From NCBI GenBank assembly GCA_027622665.1, contig JAQBYT010000011.1, forward strand, positions 36,815 to 100,814: a DNA stretch of 64,000 bases. Direction: 5' to 3'. Below the pieces are notes generated by a model. It saw nothing but the letters and a program-made list of their open reading frames with translations, was not told where the DNA came from and did no database searches. This DNA is from Verrucomicrobiota bacterium (GTDB lineage: Bacteria > Verrucomicrobiota > Verrucomicrobiia > Opitutales > Seribacteraceae). How positions within the stretch are numbered: position 1 is the first letter of the stretch; each line of letters begins with the position of its first letter. Below are positions 29,093 to 39,154 of this stretch, piece after piece. Position numbers and translations under genes: made by a program.

Positions 29093-30078
29093 CGGACGGC
29101 ACAAAGAACTGGCTGGAACAAAACACCTTCCACCACAGCGATTTCTGGGATCTCCGCAAGCTAGTCGAGGAAAAGGAGCGTAAGGGCCTTACCATCTCTC
29201 TCTGCATACCGACTCTCAACGAGGAAAAAACTATTGGAAAAGAAGTCCTTATTCTCCGCTCGGAATTAATGGAGCGATACGGATTGGTGGACGAGTTTGC
29301 CGTTATCGATTCAGGATCGGACGACCGTACGAGAGAGGTGGCGTCCGCTTACGGCGCAGATGTTTACCTTGCCGCCGACATTCTTCCGGAAATGGGCAAC
29401 AAACGCGGCAAGGGCGAGAATCTGTGGAAAGCCATCTATCAGCTAAAGGGAGATGTCATCTGCTATGTCGACGCCGACATATCCAACATTCACCCTCGCT
29501 TCGTCTACGGTCTAGTGGCTCCGCTGATCCAATGTGACGAAGTAAAATACGCAAAAGCCTTTTATGACCGACCGCTAAACTACTCCTCCGGTCTGCGACC
29601 CAGTGGTGGCGGACGCGTCACGGAAATTCTGATACGCCCTCTATTTTCCTTGTTCTATCCCGAGTTGGCCAATGTCATCCAACCCTTGTCGGGAGAATAC
29701 GCCGCCCGGCGAGAAGTCTTGGAGCGCATCCCCTTCCCCATCGGCTATGGCGTTGAAACCGCACATCTACTGGACCTCTATCAAGAATACGGCATTGAAG
29801 CATTTGCCCAGACGGACCTCGATCGCCGAGTACACCGTAATCAGACAACCAACGCGCTTGGCAAAATGAGCTTCGGGATCCTCCAGACCTTTCTCAATCG
29901 CTTACGATCTCATGGTCACATCGACCAACTGCCTGACATGGAGACTATCTACAGGCAGTTCGAAGTCGAGGAAGGTCACTATCGACAACTCACTCACAAA
30001 GTAGTGGAAGAGGAACGCCCGCCAATGATCGAAGTGGAAGCCTACCTTGCTCGACGCAAGCTATCCAAACAACCGTAG
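29089..30078 (+). CDS. gpgS: Glucosyl-3-phosphoglycerate synthase
   Basis: IPTLNEE, DSGSDD, GKGENLW, YVDAD, GGGRVTE, QPLSGEYA, GYGVE, HRNQ; ATGA overlap with the upstream gene. Confidence 0.93.
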   Translation: MTDGTKNWLEQNTFHHSDFWDLRKLVEEKERKGLTISLCIPTLNEEKTIGKEVLILRSELMERYGLVDEFAVIDSGSDDRTREVASAYGADVYLAADILPEMGNKRGKGENLWKAIYQLKGDVICYVDADISNIHPRFVYGLVAPLIQCDEVKYAKAFYDRPLNYSSGLRPSGGGRVTEILIRPLFSLFYPELANVIQPLSGEYAARREVLERIPFPIGYGVETAHLLDLYQEYGIEAFAQTDLDRRVHRNQTTNALGKMSFGILQTFLNRLRSHGHIDQLPDMETIYRQFEVEEGHYRQLTHKVVEEERPPMIEVEAYLARRKLSKQP

Positions 30079-30095
30079 AGTCAAACACCTCCATC

Positions 30096-31526
30096 TTGAA
30101 GATTGCCGTCGTCCATTATCATCTTGAACCCGGCGGTGTAACCCGAGTCATCGAAAACACCTTTGACGCTTTCGAGCAATCTCCGGAAAGACCCAACTTC
30201 GTGGTTCTTTCGGGTCGCCCTTATTTCGGCCAAAAAATAAAAGACATAGCCGTTGTCGAGGGACTCGATTACAGCAATCCCTCACAAGCTCCGGACCCAA
30301 CCCACCTGCGAGAAAGTCTCGAAAAGGCAGCAAAGGACAGTCTGGGAACCGCACCCGACCTGTGGCACGTGCACAACCATTCTCTCGGGAAAAATCCCGC
30401 ATTGACCGAAGCCATTTACCAACTGGCCGAACGGGGACATCCGCTACTGCTTCACATTCACGACTTCGCGGAGGACGGGCGACCGGGAAACTATCGCGCC
30501 CTCTCAGCAGTTCGCGATCGCCTCTATCCTTCGGGTTCTCATATTCGATACGCAGCGCTCAATCGACGTGACCACCATTTTTTAGCCGATCTGTCTTCCG
30601 ACCATCCCGCCCCGATCCTCCTCCCAAATGCTATTCCCGAACCAGCGCATGCTAAGTCTCCTTGTGAAAAAGTTGATCTTCCCGAACAGTTACACCTTTA
30701 CCCCGTGCGAGCGGTTCGACGGAAAAACCTCGGCGAACTCGCGCTCCTAGCCGCCGCCCATTCCGATCTTCATTTCGCGAATAGTCTCGGGCCCACTAAT
30801 CCTGAATTCCGTCCTAAATACGAAAGATGGAAGGCCTTTTCCGCCGAACTAGATCTGCCTCTCACTTTTGGCATTGGCGAAAACCCGGACCTTTCCTTCT
30901 CCGAAGTAGTAAACGCCTCACAGGCTTTCGTCACCACAAGTGTAGCAGAGGGTTTCGGATTGGGATTCCTCGAGCCTTGGACCTTTGGGAAAAACCTGTT
31001 CGGCCGTAACATTCCCGAAGTCACGAAAGACTTTAAGGCCTTGGGCCTGGAACTCGATCATATGTACTCCCGCATGAATCTTCCCCTCGACCTTCTCCCT
31101 GAACAAGAAATTGAAAGCCGAATCACCTCGGCACTAAAGAAGCTTTACGCCGACTACGAACGACCGCTCCCGGAAAAAGCCTTGGATCTGGCAAAAAACT
31201 CCATTTGTCGGGATGAGCAAATCGACTTTGGCCGTCTCGATGAACCCTTTCAGGAAATTCTGGTTTCCATCGTCGCCGACAGCCCCGATCTCGCTGGTGC
31301 AATTCGAGCTCAAGCCAACCTCGGGATCCTTTCGAACAAGACGCGGGAAGCGAACTGTTCTGCAGTTCGCAAAAACTTTTCTCAGCATGCTTACGCCGAG
31401 CGTTTATGGACCGTCTACAAAGAACTGGCGGCCTCTAAACATGATCCCGTGGATAATCTGGACGGGAATGTTCTTCTGAAATATTTTCTAAACCCCGCAC
31501 GAATAAATCTCCTGCGGACAGAGTGA
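30096..31526 (+). CDS. GT-B (GT4-like) glycosyltransferase in the gpgS operon
   Basis: HYHLEPGGVTRVI, HNHSLGKN, HDFAEDGRP, PVRAVRRKNLGE, SVAEGFGLGFLEPW. Confidence 0.8.
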   Translation: MKIAVVHYHLEPGGVTRVIENTFDAFEQSPERPNFVVLSGRPYFGQKIKDIAVVEGLDYSNPSQAPDPTHLRESLEKAAKDSLGTAPDLWHVHNHSLGKNPALTEAIYQLAERGHPLLLHIHDFAEDGRPGNYRALSAVRDRLYPSGSHIRYAALNRRDHHFLADLSSDHPAPILLPNAIPEPAHAKSPCEKVDLPEQLHLYPVRAVRRKNLGELALLAAAHSDLHFANSLGPTNPEFRPKYERWKAFSAELDLPLTFGIGENPDLSFSEVVNASQAFVTTSVAEGFGLGFLEPWTFGKNLFGRNIPEVTKDFKALGLELDHMYSRMNLPLDLLPEQEIESRITSALKKLYADYERPLPEKALDLAKNSICRDEQIDFGRLDEPFQEILVSIVADSPDLAGAIRAQANLGILSNKTREANCSAVRKNFSQHAYAERLWTVYKELAASKHDPVDNLDGNVLLKYFLNPARINLLRTE

Positions 31527-31546
31527 AGACCAAGACATCACCGGCT

Positions 31547-34500
31547 TTATGGCGCCAAGCCCAAGCCGGATGCGAGCAAGCGGATGAGATTAACGAAATC
31601 GGGTTCTCGCCAAGTTCCTTCAACGACAATCGGCTCCAGTTTCAATAACCGATACCCCATCTCCTGCTTGCCTTCCGATAGCATGCCGGCTGCATCCAAG
31701 ATTAAGCCGAAGTTTCCTTTCGCCCCAATTGTCAGTGAAAGCTTTTGTTTGCCGCTCTTAAAAACTTCGCCGGCACCTCGAACAAAAAAATCGTCGGCGA
31801 GAAGAAACAATTCCTGAATCTCTACTTTGCCTTCGATGGTACGCCGGGTACGTAGTCTAGCCTCCACGACATTAAACTCGGCAGGCAAAAGACAAAAACG
31901 ACTTAGAATTTGACTCTTGTCAGTAGCCAAAATGGGTTCGGCGCCCAATACTCGAGCGAAACTCTCACGGAAACTGTCCATTCGAGCTGAACTGTTTGCA
32001 TCGGTCAAGGTAGTCAGAGAACAAGCCTTTACCACGGCATCGACCTCACCCACAAAACCTGATTCAGGAACAAAAGATCCGTTAGCATCCCAGTCCAGCA
32101 ATCCATTCAATCGAAAAAACGAATCCTCGAACAAACCGACTCGGCTTGCGTTCCAATCTCTTCCGGAAATTAGCAAATTGTCCATAACCGGGCTTAACGC
32201 ATCATCATCACTCCATTCCAAGCGACCTCGACACATGATGTTTCCTCCTCCGGTTTCACCCTCAATCCGGATGTCGAAGACACCTGAATCAGAGGCATTC
32301 GCCTCTCCGGTCACTTTGGCTATAGATAGATTGTCACCAAGGTTAAGGAACCCGAGGTCCAGTTGCCAATTTCTCGAAATCATCCCAATGAATTCTCCCA
32401 AGTTCCTTGGCGAACCTTTCGCGTCTTCAGGAGAAAAGCAAAGTAAGAAAGAAGCCAAGTCGAGGGCGACCAAGTTCTCTCCAGTTAGTTTGGCAGCAGG
32501 AGAATCAGGAGCAAAATCGACTTCCACACGGGTTGCTGCGGATCGCCCCTCCAACCGTAGTCCGACCCACTTGGAAAAATCGTGCAAACTCCCTTCCCCG
32601 GTGAAACGGAGTCCGGCCTTGAAGGACGGCATCTGACCTCCTTCATTCAGAAGAGCCCCTTGCCCGGAAAGAAATCCGTCCATCTCGATTGATAGCTTTT
32701 CTCCGGAACGCACTTTGAGATTGTTTGTTCGTAATCGCCCCTCCGAAAGATTCCGAAATGCGGGTAATCCGATTGTTGCCAATTGAGTCAAGTCCACATC
32801 CAAGTTGGCGGACTGCACCTGCCTTACCACACTAGCGTTTGCTTCTTCGTCCCTAGCTAGGGTCAACGCAATGTCGCCCGTCGCTATTTCAGTTCCCTCG
32901 ACAAGTAAGTGCAAGTTGGACAATTCCAGTTCACCTCCACCTTCGGGTAGAGAAAGAAATTTGAGGACTGTACGTAAGTTCAAGTTTTCCCCCACCATCT
33001 TTGAATTTTGAAAGACGCGGACATGATCCACTTCGACCCGATCCGAACGGAATCCAAGTCTACCGTCCTCGAAAAAAACCGTGCCGTTCCCTTCAAACAA
33101 GTCTCCCTGAAAACGGCCACTCCGCCAATTCAGCAGACCATCTACAGGTAATTTCTTCACCGAAAGACGAAAGACGTCGGCATCCTCTCCGCTTATCGTA
33201 GCGAGACTAAGCTTCCCTTGGTGAAAGGATACTCTCACGGGACCTAACCCTTGAACCTTGAGTTGACGTTCTTTCGAGGTAGTGGAAAGGCTTCCTTCAA
33301 AGACATCAAGTTCAAGAGCTCCCCTTTTCCACCCACCTGCCAACTTCATTTTTCCTTGAGCACCTACTTCCCCAAAAACTTCGCCGACGCCTCCGGGCGG
33401 GAAAAGATTTATAAGCATTTCCGCTCCCGGTACACATTCAAGGGAAAAGGTCACGGGGATATCCTCGTCATGGGAAAAGATTGCCTCGACGAATCCCGAC
33501 ATTTTCGCCCAGTCTTCTCCTTCTCGCCTCAAATCGAGATGAGTAAATCGAGACAAAGCGCCATCGGCATCGAACTCGGCATCCAATTCACCGGAGAAGG
33601 AAACCGCAGGTGGGAAATAGGTTAAAAATCTACCCAGGCGAAATCCATCGGCAACAATACGCGTCAAAGCTTTTTCCCGACCGACTTTCCAAGGTTGCCT
33701 GGACTGTAGTTGAAGTCTTTCACCCAATTGATCCGAAACTTCCGCTGAAATTTCAAGAATGCTCAAAGTATCGTTTGCATCCAACAAGAAGCGCGCCGTT
33801 GCATCAGTCTTAACAACGCCTTCGTCGCGAAACAGAAAAGACGACACTTCGGACGACAAGGCGACATCGCCCTCGATGGAGTTAGTCGACGGATGCCAAA
33901 CAATCTCCCCACCGACTGAAGCTTGGGCGTTAAACAACGCCATAGCGGGAAAGTAAGGTACAAAATCAGCTCCGACCATAGAAGCATTCCAGTCCCCTGA
34001 AAAAACAGTTTCTCCAATAAGACGTTTCACTTCAAGATTTAGTAAAGGGATTTCCCTGTCCCCGACACGTAAGGAAAAACCCTGAGAATCAGAAGATGCA
34101 AAAGCTTGGAGTTGAGCACTTTCCGGAAATAAAATGTCCAGATTCAAATTACCGGATTCTCCCATTCCGGATCTTGTCCAAAGGAATGTGCCGCTTAATG
34201 CTTCGCTCGTGGGCAAACTCAAAGGAAACAATTGCCCGGTGGCGTTTGCATCGATCGAAAAAGGAAGACGGGCCACACCCCCGAAGTCCGGCAAACGTCC
34301 CTGAAGTTCAAAAGGGAAAAGTGCTCCGGCAAACTCGAACTCACCTTCTACCGAAAGGGATTCAAGAGCTGAAAGCTCATCATCCTTGCGATTCGCCTCC
34401 ATCCACTCCCAAAACGCCTCAGCGGAACGCTTACCTTCAACAGCCTTAATCCGCAAGTTTGTGATCTGGAGAATCTTAATCGAGGAAGATTTTCCGAACC

Positions 34501-34756
34501 ACCACTCCATCGGAAAATAAGAGAAGTATACTCTCGCAGACTCTGCCTCAATAAACGGTCCCGAAAGGTGGATCGAACGAATCTCTCCCTCACCCCAGGT
34601 GAGGTCCATATCGGCAATCTCTACATCTATCTCGCCAAAATAAATGCGAATCGAATCTTCTACACGAGAAGGCAGCCAATAATCAAAGACCACCCACCAG
34701 ACAAGGGATCCGAGCAAGATGGAACAAAGTCCCAGTTTGAAGTGGATAGCCCTCAT
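31547..34756 (-). CDS. Large membrane-anchored hypothetical protein, possibly AsmA-like
   Basis: 1069 aa ORF with an N-terminal TM helix, beta-rich composition and C-terminal VEGTWREPDF resembling AsmA C-termini. Confidence 0.6.
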   Translation of the reverse strand: MRAIHFKLGLCSILLGSLVWWVVFDYWLPSRVEDSIRIYFGEIDVEIADMDLTWGEGEIRSIHLSGPFIEAESARVYFSYFPMEWWFGKSSSIKILQITNLRIKAVEGKRSAEAFWEWMEANRKDDELSALESLSVEGEFEFAGALFPFELQGRLPDFGGVARLPFSIDANATGQLFPLSLPTSEALSGTFLWTRSGMGESGNLNLDILFPESAQLQAFASSDSQGFSLRVGDREIPLLNLEVKRLIGETVFSGDWNASMVGADFVPYFPAMALFNAQASVGGEIVWHPSTNSIEGDVALSSEVSSFLFRDEGVVKTDATARFLLDANDTLSILEISAEVSDQLGERLQLQSRQPWKVGREKALTRIVADGFRLGRFLTYFPPAVSFSGELDAEFDADGALSRFTHLDLRREGEDWAKMSGFVEAIFSHDEDIPVTFSLECVPGAEMLINLFPPGGVGEVFGEVGAQGKMKLAGGWKRGALELDVFEGSLSTTSKERQLKVQGLGPVRVSFHQGKLSLATISGEDADVFRLSVKKLPVDGLLNWRSGRFQGDLFEGNGTVFFEDGRLGFRSDRVEVDHVRVFQNSKMVGENLNLRTVLKFLSLPEGGGELELSNLHLLVEGTEIATGDIALTLARDEEANASVVRQVQSANLDVDLTQLATIGLPAFRNLSEGRLRTNNLKVRSGEKLSIEMDGFLSGQGALLNEGGQMPSFKAGLRFTGEGSLHDFSKWVGLRLEGRSAATRVEVDFAPDSPAAKLTGENLVALDLASFLLCFSPEDAKGSPRNLGEFIGMISRNWQLDLGFLNLGDNLSIAKVTGEANASDSGVFDIRIEGETGGGNIMCRGRLEWSDDDALSPVMDNLLISGRDWNASRVGLFEDSFFRLNGLLDWDANGSFVPESGFVGEVDAVVKACSLTTLTDANSSARMDSFRESFARVLGAEPILATDKSQILSRFCLLPAEFNVVEARLRTRRTIEGKVEIQELFLLADDFFVRGAGEVFKSGKQKLSLTIGAKGNFGLILDAAGMLSEGKQEMGYRLLKLEPIVVEGTWREPDFVNLIRLLASGLGLAP

Positions 34757-34859
34757 AATACGCTTTAACGCCTAGTAGGCGCTAGCGTTTGGCTTCACAA
34801 GTTAATTCGGAAAGACTGTTATCCTCTAGTCAATGACGAATGCGTATATATTTAACGCA

Positions 34860-35231
34860 TTACTTCCGGCGCTGCTCGTGGATACGCTTCTCCTTGACCT
34901 TGGTGGCTTCCTTTCCAATGCGATCGCGTAAATAATACATGCGAGCACGCATGGTAACGCTTTCACGATCCACCTCAACCTTGTCGATCAGAGGTGAATG
35001 CACAGGAAACACACGCTCAACGCCAACGCCCGAGGCAATCCGACGTACCGTAAAGGTTTCGTGAATTCCGCCACCCTTGCGGGCAAGAACAATACCGGCG
35101 AAGATTTGGATACGTTCCTTACCACCTTCCACTACACGCACGTGCACCTTTACGCCGTCGCCCACCTTAAAGTGATCTCGACCTTCCTTGAGTTGTTCTT
35201 TTGTGATTTCTTCGATTATGCTATCGCTCAT
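34860..35231 (-). CDS. rplS: 50S ribosomal protein L19
   Basis: FKVGDGVKV, KERIQIFAG, TFTVRRI, GVERVFP, ARMYYLR. Confidence 0.98.
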   Translation of the reverse strand: MSDSIIEEITKEQLKEGRDHFKVGDGVKVHVRVVEGGKERIQIFAGIVLARKGGGIHETFTVRRIASGVGVERVFPVHSPLIDKVEVDRESVTMRARMYYLRDRIGKEATKVKEKRIHEQRRK

Positions 35232-35244
35232 TACAATTCCTCTG

Positions 35245-35937
35245 TTAATTTAAAAGATCGGGTCTACGCACTCGGGTTTTTTCTGCCATTCGTTCCTCTC
35301 GCCAGCGGGCGATCGCTCCATGATCTCCCGACAACAAGACTTCCGGAACCTTCATCCCGCGAAAATCGGCGGGACGAGTATATTGAGGAAAACTAAGACG
35401 CCCTCCCGTAAAACTATCTTGTGAAAGGGAACTCTCTTCCCCCAAGACTCCGGGAACAAAACGAGAAACGGAGTCAATTAGAGTGGCGGCAGCCAAGGCT
35501 CCATTGGTAAGAACAAAATCACCGACGCTGATTTCGCGATCGACAAGTTCGTCTCTAACACGCTGATCAACGCCTTCGTAATGCCCGCTTAGAACAATCA
35601 AATGACTTTCCTCGGACAACTCTTGGCACACTTCACGACAAAGTGATTCTCCGTCAGGCGCCATGTACAATACCTTGGAATCAGGGCTACGCAGTTCCTC
35701 GACTGCGGCAAAAATCGGTTCAGGCTTCAACACCATCCCGGCACCACCCCCAAATGGTCGATCATCCGTCACTCGATGACGACCTTCGGCCCAGTTGCGA
35801 AGATCAAGCGACTGGACGTCGATCAGACCGTGCTCGCAGGCTCTTCCTATGATGCTCTCGCTGGTAAAACCATTCAAGGTTTCGGGAAAGAGCGACAACA
35901 CGTCGAATCGCAAAGGCTCGTACATTACGCGAATCAT
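35245..35937 (-). CDS. trmD: tRNA (guanine37-N1)-methyltransferase
   Basis: DDRPFGGGAGMVLK, GHYEGVDQR, SVGDFVL, PQYTRP, LLSGDH. Confidence 0.97.
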   Translation of the reverse strand: MIRVMYEPLRFDVLSLFPETLNGFTSESIIGRACEHGLIDVQSLDLRNWAEGRHRVTDDRPFGGGAGMVLKPEPIFAAVEELRSPDSKVLYMAPDGESLCREVCQELSEESHLIVLSGHYEGVDQRVRDELVDREISVGDFVLTNGALAAATLIDSVSRFVPGVLGEESSLSQDSFTGGRLSFPQYTRPADFRGMKVPEVLLSGDHGAIARWREERMAEKTRVRRPDLLN

Positions 35938-35986
35938 TGGATCGTAATAACATTCTTGCTATGATCAGTGGGTAGAAAAAGCCGAA

Positions 35987-36880
35987 TCAGTCTTTGGACT
36001 TTTCTTCCTCGGCTCCGCCATCGCTGTCTTCTTCGGCAGCGGTGTCATCTTTAGCCGATGCCTCTTTGGGACTGTCGGCGGGTGTATCAGAAGATTCAGC
36101 TTCGGGTTCATCCTCGGTAACTGATTCTCCTGAAACCTCTTCCTCGGAGGAATCGTCAGAACTGTCTTCCGCTACTGGTTCCTCGTCTGGCGATACCTCT
36201 TTGGCACTGTCAGAGACAGGATCAGCTTCGGCGGGTGTATCAGAAGATTCAGCTTCGGGTTCATCCTCGGTAACTGAATCTTCTGCAACCTCTTTCTTGG
36301 AGGAATCTTCGGAAATGTCTTCGGCTACTGGTTCCTCGTCTGTTGCAGGTTGTTCATCAACTGGGGAATCCTCGGATTCCGTGGTATCCTTCTCAGCATC
36401 ACCATCAGGAGCAGATGGCTCACTTACCACTGCCTCTTTAGCTGCGGCAGAGTCTTCAATGGGTGCATCGGCAGGTTCTTCAACGGGTGCATCAGCAGCC
36501 TCATCGGGGGGGGGACTGTCCTCAACAGGGGCGTTTCCTGTCGAGTCATCCATTGATGGAACTGAAGTCGCGCCTTTCAAGCGCCGAGCGGTTTTACTTT
36601 GAGACTTTTTCTCTGCACGAGCAAGCCATGCTTCAGGATTCAACCGACCTTGGCGAATTAGACTGCGCACTGTTTCAGTGGGTTGGGCCCCAACGCCTAG
36701 CCAATGGTCGATACGCTCCATATTGAGCTTGAGTTCATCCTCTCTGGCATGACATTGAGGATCGTAGGTTCCAAGTATTTCAATGAACCTCCCATCGCGT
36801 GGGGCAGTGACCTCAGTCACGACCATTCTATAAAAAGGGGCGTGCTTGGCCCCGTGTCTTTGTAAACGAATTTTAAGCAT
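35987..36880 (-). CDS. rpsP: 30S ribosomal protein S16 with a ~190 aa acidic C-terminal extension
   Basis: MLKIRLQRHG...PFYRMVV...RDGRFIE.LGTYDP...WLGVGAQPT, followed by a D/E/S/P/A-rich tail. Confidence 0.93.
   Translation of the reverse strand: MLKIRLQRHGAKHAPFYRMVVTEVTAPRDGRFIEILGTYDPQCHAREDELKLNMERIDHWLGVGAQPTETVRSLIRQGRLNPEAWLARAEKKSQSKTARRLKGATSVPSMDDSTGNAPVEDSPPPDEAADAPVEEPADAPIEDSAAAKEAVVSEPSAPDGDAEKDTTESEDSPVDEQPATDEEPVAEDISEDSSKKEVAEDSVTEDEPEAESSDTPAEADPVSDSAKEVSPDEEPVAEDSSDDSSEEEVSGESVTEDEPEAESSDTPADSPKEASAKDDTAAEEDSDGGAEEEKSKD
36075..36277. repeat. Intragenic direct repeat in the rpsP tail
   Basis: Identical 50-mer TCGGCGGGTGTATCAGAAGATTCAGCTTCGGGTTCATCCTCGGTAACTGA at 36075-36124 and 36228-36277 (offset 153 bp = 51 codons). 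Confidence 0.9.
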
Positions 36881-37043
36881 GTTTCCGCTTTGAAGTTACG
36901 GTTTCGTGTTAGTGCGAAAAGAGAAAAAAAAATATTATTTGAAGGCCGACGTCAATGGGAATCGCCAGTGGATAACTCCCCACTGTATAAACTACAACTC
37001 TGTTTCCCGTCCACTAAATAGTCCGCAGAAGGTTTGCCTTTTC

Positions 37044-37059
37044 TTAAACGGTCGTTTAA
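37044..37059. promoter_or_regulatory. Palindromic operator, probably for the TetR regulator
   Basis: TTAAACG-GT-CGTTTAA lies 11 bp before the TetR ATG and resembles PsrA-type AAAC-N4-GTTT boxes. Confidence 0.7.
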
Positions 37060-37070
37060 AAGGAAACTTT

Positions 37071-37760
37071 ATGATAGTAGAAGAGCCCAGCCGGTCGGCG
37101 ACTCGGGGAGCAGGGACGAAAGCTCGCATACTAAATGCAGCCGAACATTTGTTCACTGCTCGGGGCTTTGCTGGAGTAACGATGAGAGAGGTGGCTCGCC
37201 GAGCGGCTACCAACGTGGCGTCGGCACACTATCATTTCGGATCGAAAGAAGGCCTGGTAATCGAAATGCTGAGACACCGCATCGCCCCCATCAATGCGGA
37301 ACGACTCCGATTGCTAGAGAAGGCTAAACGCCAGTCCGGAGGCAATCCGCTGAAACCCATCATGATATTCAAAGCCTTACTGCTTCCGATTGGACAAGCC
37401 GCGACCGGGTCCAAAGGCCCTGACTCGAGGTTCATGCAGTTGGTAGGAAGAAGCTTCACGGAACCGGCCAGTTTTCTGGAAAAGGTTCACCGTCGACTGT
37501 TTCGAGAGTTATCGGATATTTTCATGGTTGAATTGAGGCGGAGTCATCCGGAAGCGGAGGAGGAAGACTTGTTCTGGAATTTACACTTTGTAGTGGCAAC
37601 CATGCTCGGAGCTTTGGCTAACCACAGAAGGTTGGCTCAATTATCAGGCGGCCTCTGCAATGATAAGGACGTGGCTGAAATGATTCAGCGGTTGATCGTG
37701 TTCGCGTCCGGCGGATTTGCCACAAGTATTGAAAATATAAAAACAAGGTCTAACCAGTGA
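37071..37760 (+). CDS. TetR/AcrR family regulator (PsrA-like)
   Basis: TKARILNAAEHLF..RGF..VTMREVA...NVASAHYHFGSKEGL. Confidence 0.92.
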   Translation: MIVEEPSRSATRGAGTKARILNAAEHLFTARGFAGVTMREVARRAATNVASAHYHFGSKEGLVIEMLRHRIAPINAERLRLLEKAKRQSGGNPLKPIMIFKALLLPIGQAATGSKGPDSRFMQLVGRSFTEPASFLEKVHRRLFRELSDIFMVELRRSHPEAEEEDLFWNLHFVVATMLGALANHRRLAQLSGGLCNDKDVAEMIQRLIVFASGGFATSIENIKTRSNQ

Positions 37761-39154
37761 AGATACTCGCCATAACGCTCGCAATTATGACTGCCTTAGC
37801 CGGATGCTTGCCAAAAGCCGACCGCTCGACTTCCCTGAACCTTAACCCTCCCACAAATTGGTCGACTCCGACTTTTGCCTCCATCGACGCCAACGTCACC
37901 TATTGGACCAAGGGCTTCGGCGATGCAAACCTGACCGCTCTAGTACGAGAGGCATGGGCAAACAGCCCCGATCTTTCGGGCACATCCCGGATGGTGGAGA
38001 TGGCCCGCGAGCAAGCTGTCATGTCGGGAGCTGATCGCCTGCCGCAAGCCGGATTGGGTATTTCGGGAACTCGCAGCAAACGCAACTTGGTGGGCTTCCT
38101 TCCGGGAAAAAACGTCTCCTTTACCTCCGAAAACTACGGACTGAACATGAACATAAGTTGGGAACTGGACTTGTGGGGCAAGCTGAGTGATTCCCGAAAA
38201 GTGGCAGAAACCACATGGGAAGCTTCGGTCGAAGACTATCGAGCAGCCCGCCTGTCACTTGCCGGACAAGTAGCCAAGGCATGGTACTCCGCCATCGCGG
38301 GCAGGCGCCAAGTCGAGCTCGCCTACGAAACCGAGCAATCGCACGCCAAGAACGCTTTCTACATCGCAAAACGTTTCGAACGAGGACTCGCCAATGCTCT
38401 CGACCATAACCTCGCCCAAGCTACGCTTGCATCCACTCGAGCCAATCAAGTGCGCCAAAAACGACAATTGGACTTGGCCACTCGAACTCTGCAAACTTTG
38501 CTCGGACGTCACCCGGACGGCAACGCGACACTCCCCTCAGACCTAGCCGAACCCCAAAAGGCGCCACCGATTGCCCCTCCGACCCAAACATTGGAACAAC
38601 GTCCGGATCTCCGTGCAAAACGTTTGCAGATGAAGGCAGCCGGCCTCGAAAAAACCATTGCTCGAAAAAACCTCTTGCCATCCCTCTCTCTCACAGGTGG
38701 ACCGGGAAGTCGCTCTCAAGAGTTCAATGACTTGCTCGACCAGCAATTTCGGATATGGAGTGTTACCGGGAACCTCATGCAACCAGTTTTCCAAGGCGGC
38801 CGCCTTCGGGCAAACATTCGCCGAACAGAAGCGGCCCGCCTTGCTTCCATTGATTCCTACAAAGCCGCAGCTCTCAAAGCATTTTGGGAAGTGGAAACGA
38901 CCCTTGCCGCGGAAAGCCTGCTGAAGGAAGAAGAAACTCATCTGAAGGAAGCGGCAAAGGCGGCATTGACGGCGGCTGACCTTAGTTGGGAACGATACCA
39001 ACGCGGACTGGAAGGAATCTTTGCAACTCTAGAATCCCGACGTCGGGCATTCGAGGCGGAAAGCCGCCTCCTTTCACTTCGGCGCGAACGGCTCCTCAAT
39101 CGCATTGATTTGCACTTAGCCCTTGGAGACGAGGCTCTCCCTGACAATCCATGA
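37757..39154 (+). CDS. Efflux outer-membrane factor lipoprotein (NodT/TolC family)
   Basis: Lipobox LAG-C, SWELDLWGK, RPDL, PVFQGG, LHLALG. Confidence 0.92.
   Translation: MKILAITLAIMTALAGCLPKADRSTSLNLNPPTNWSTPTFASIDANVTYWTKGFGDANLTALVREAWANSPDLSGTSRMVEMAREQAVMSGADRLPQAGLGISGTRSKRNLVGFLPGKNVSFTSENYGLNMNISWELDLWGKLSDSRKVAETTWEASVEDYRAARLSLAGQVAKAWYSAIAGRRQVELAYETEQSHAKNAFYIAKRFERGLANALDHNLAQATLASTRANQVRQKRQLDLATRTLQTLLGRHPDGNATLPSDLAEPQKAPPIAPPTQTLEQRPDLRAKRLQMKAAGLEKTIARKNLLPSLSLTGGPGSRSQEFNDLLDQQFRIWSVTGNLMQPVFQGGRLRANIRRTEAARLASIDSYKAAALKAFWEVETTLAAESLLKEEETHLKEAAKAALTAADLSWERYQRGLEGIFATLESRRRAFEAESRLLSLRRERLLNRIDLHLALGDEALPDNP

Noticed and set aside
35994..36602. Ser-rich 202 aa ORF on the + strand
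   Set aside because: Antisense of the acidic rpsP tail; Asp/Glu codons read as Ser-rich sequence on the other strand.
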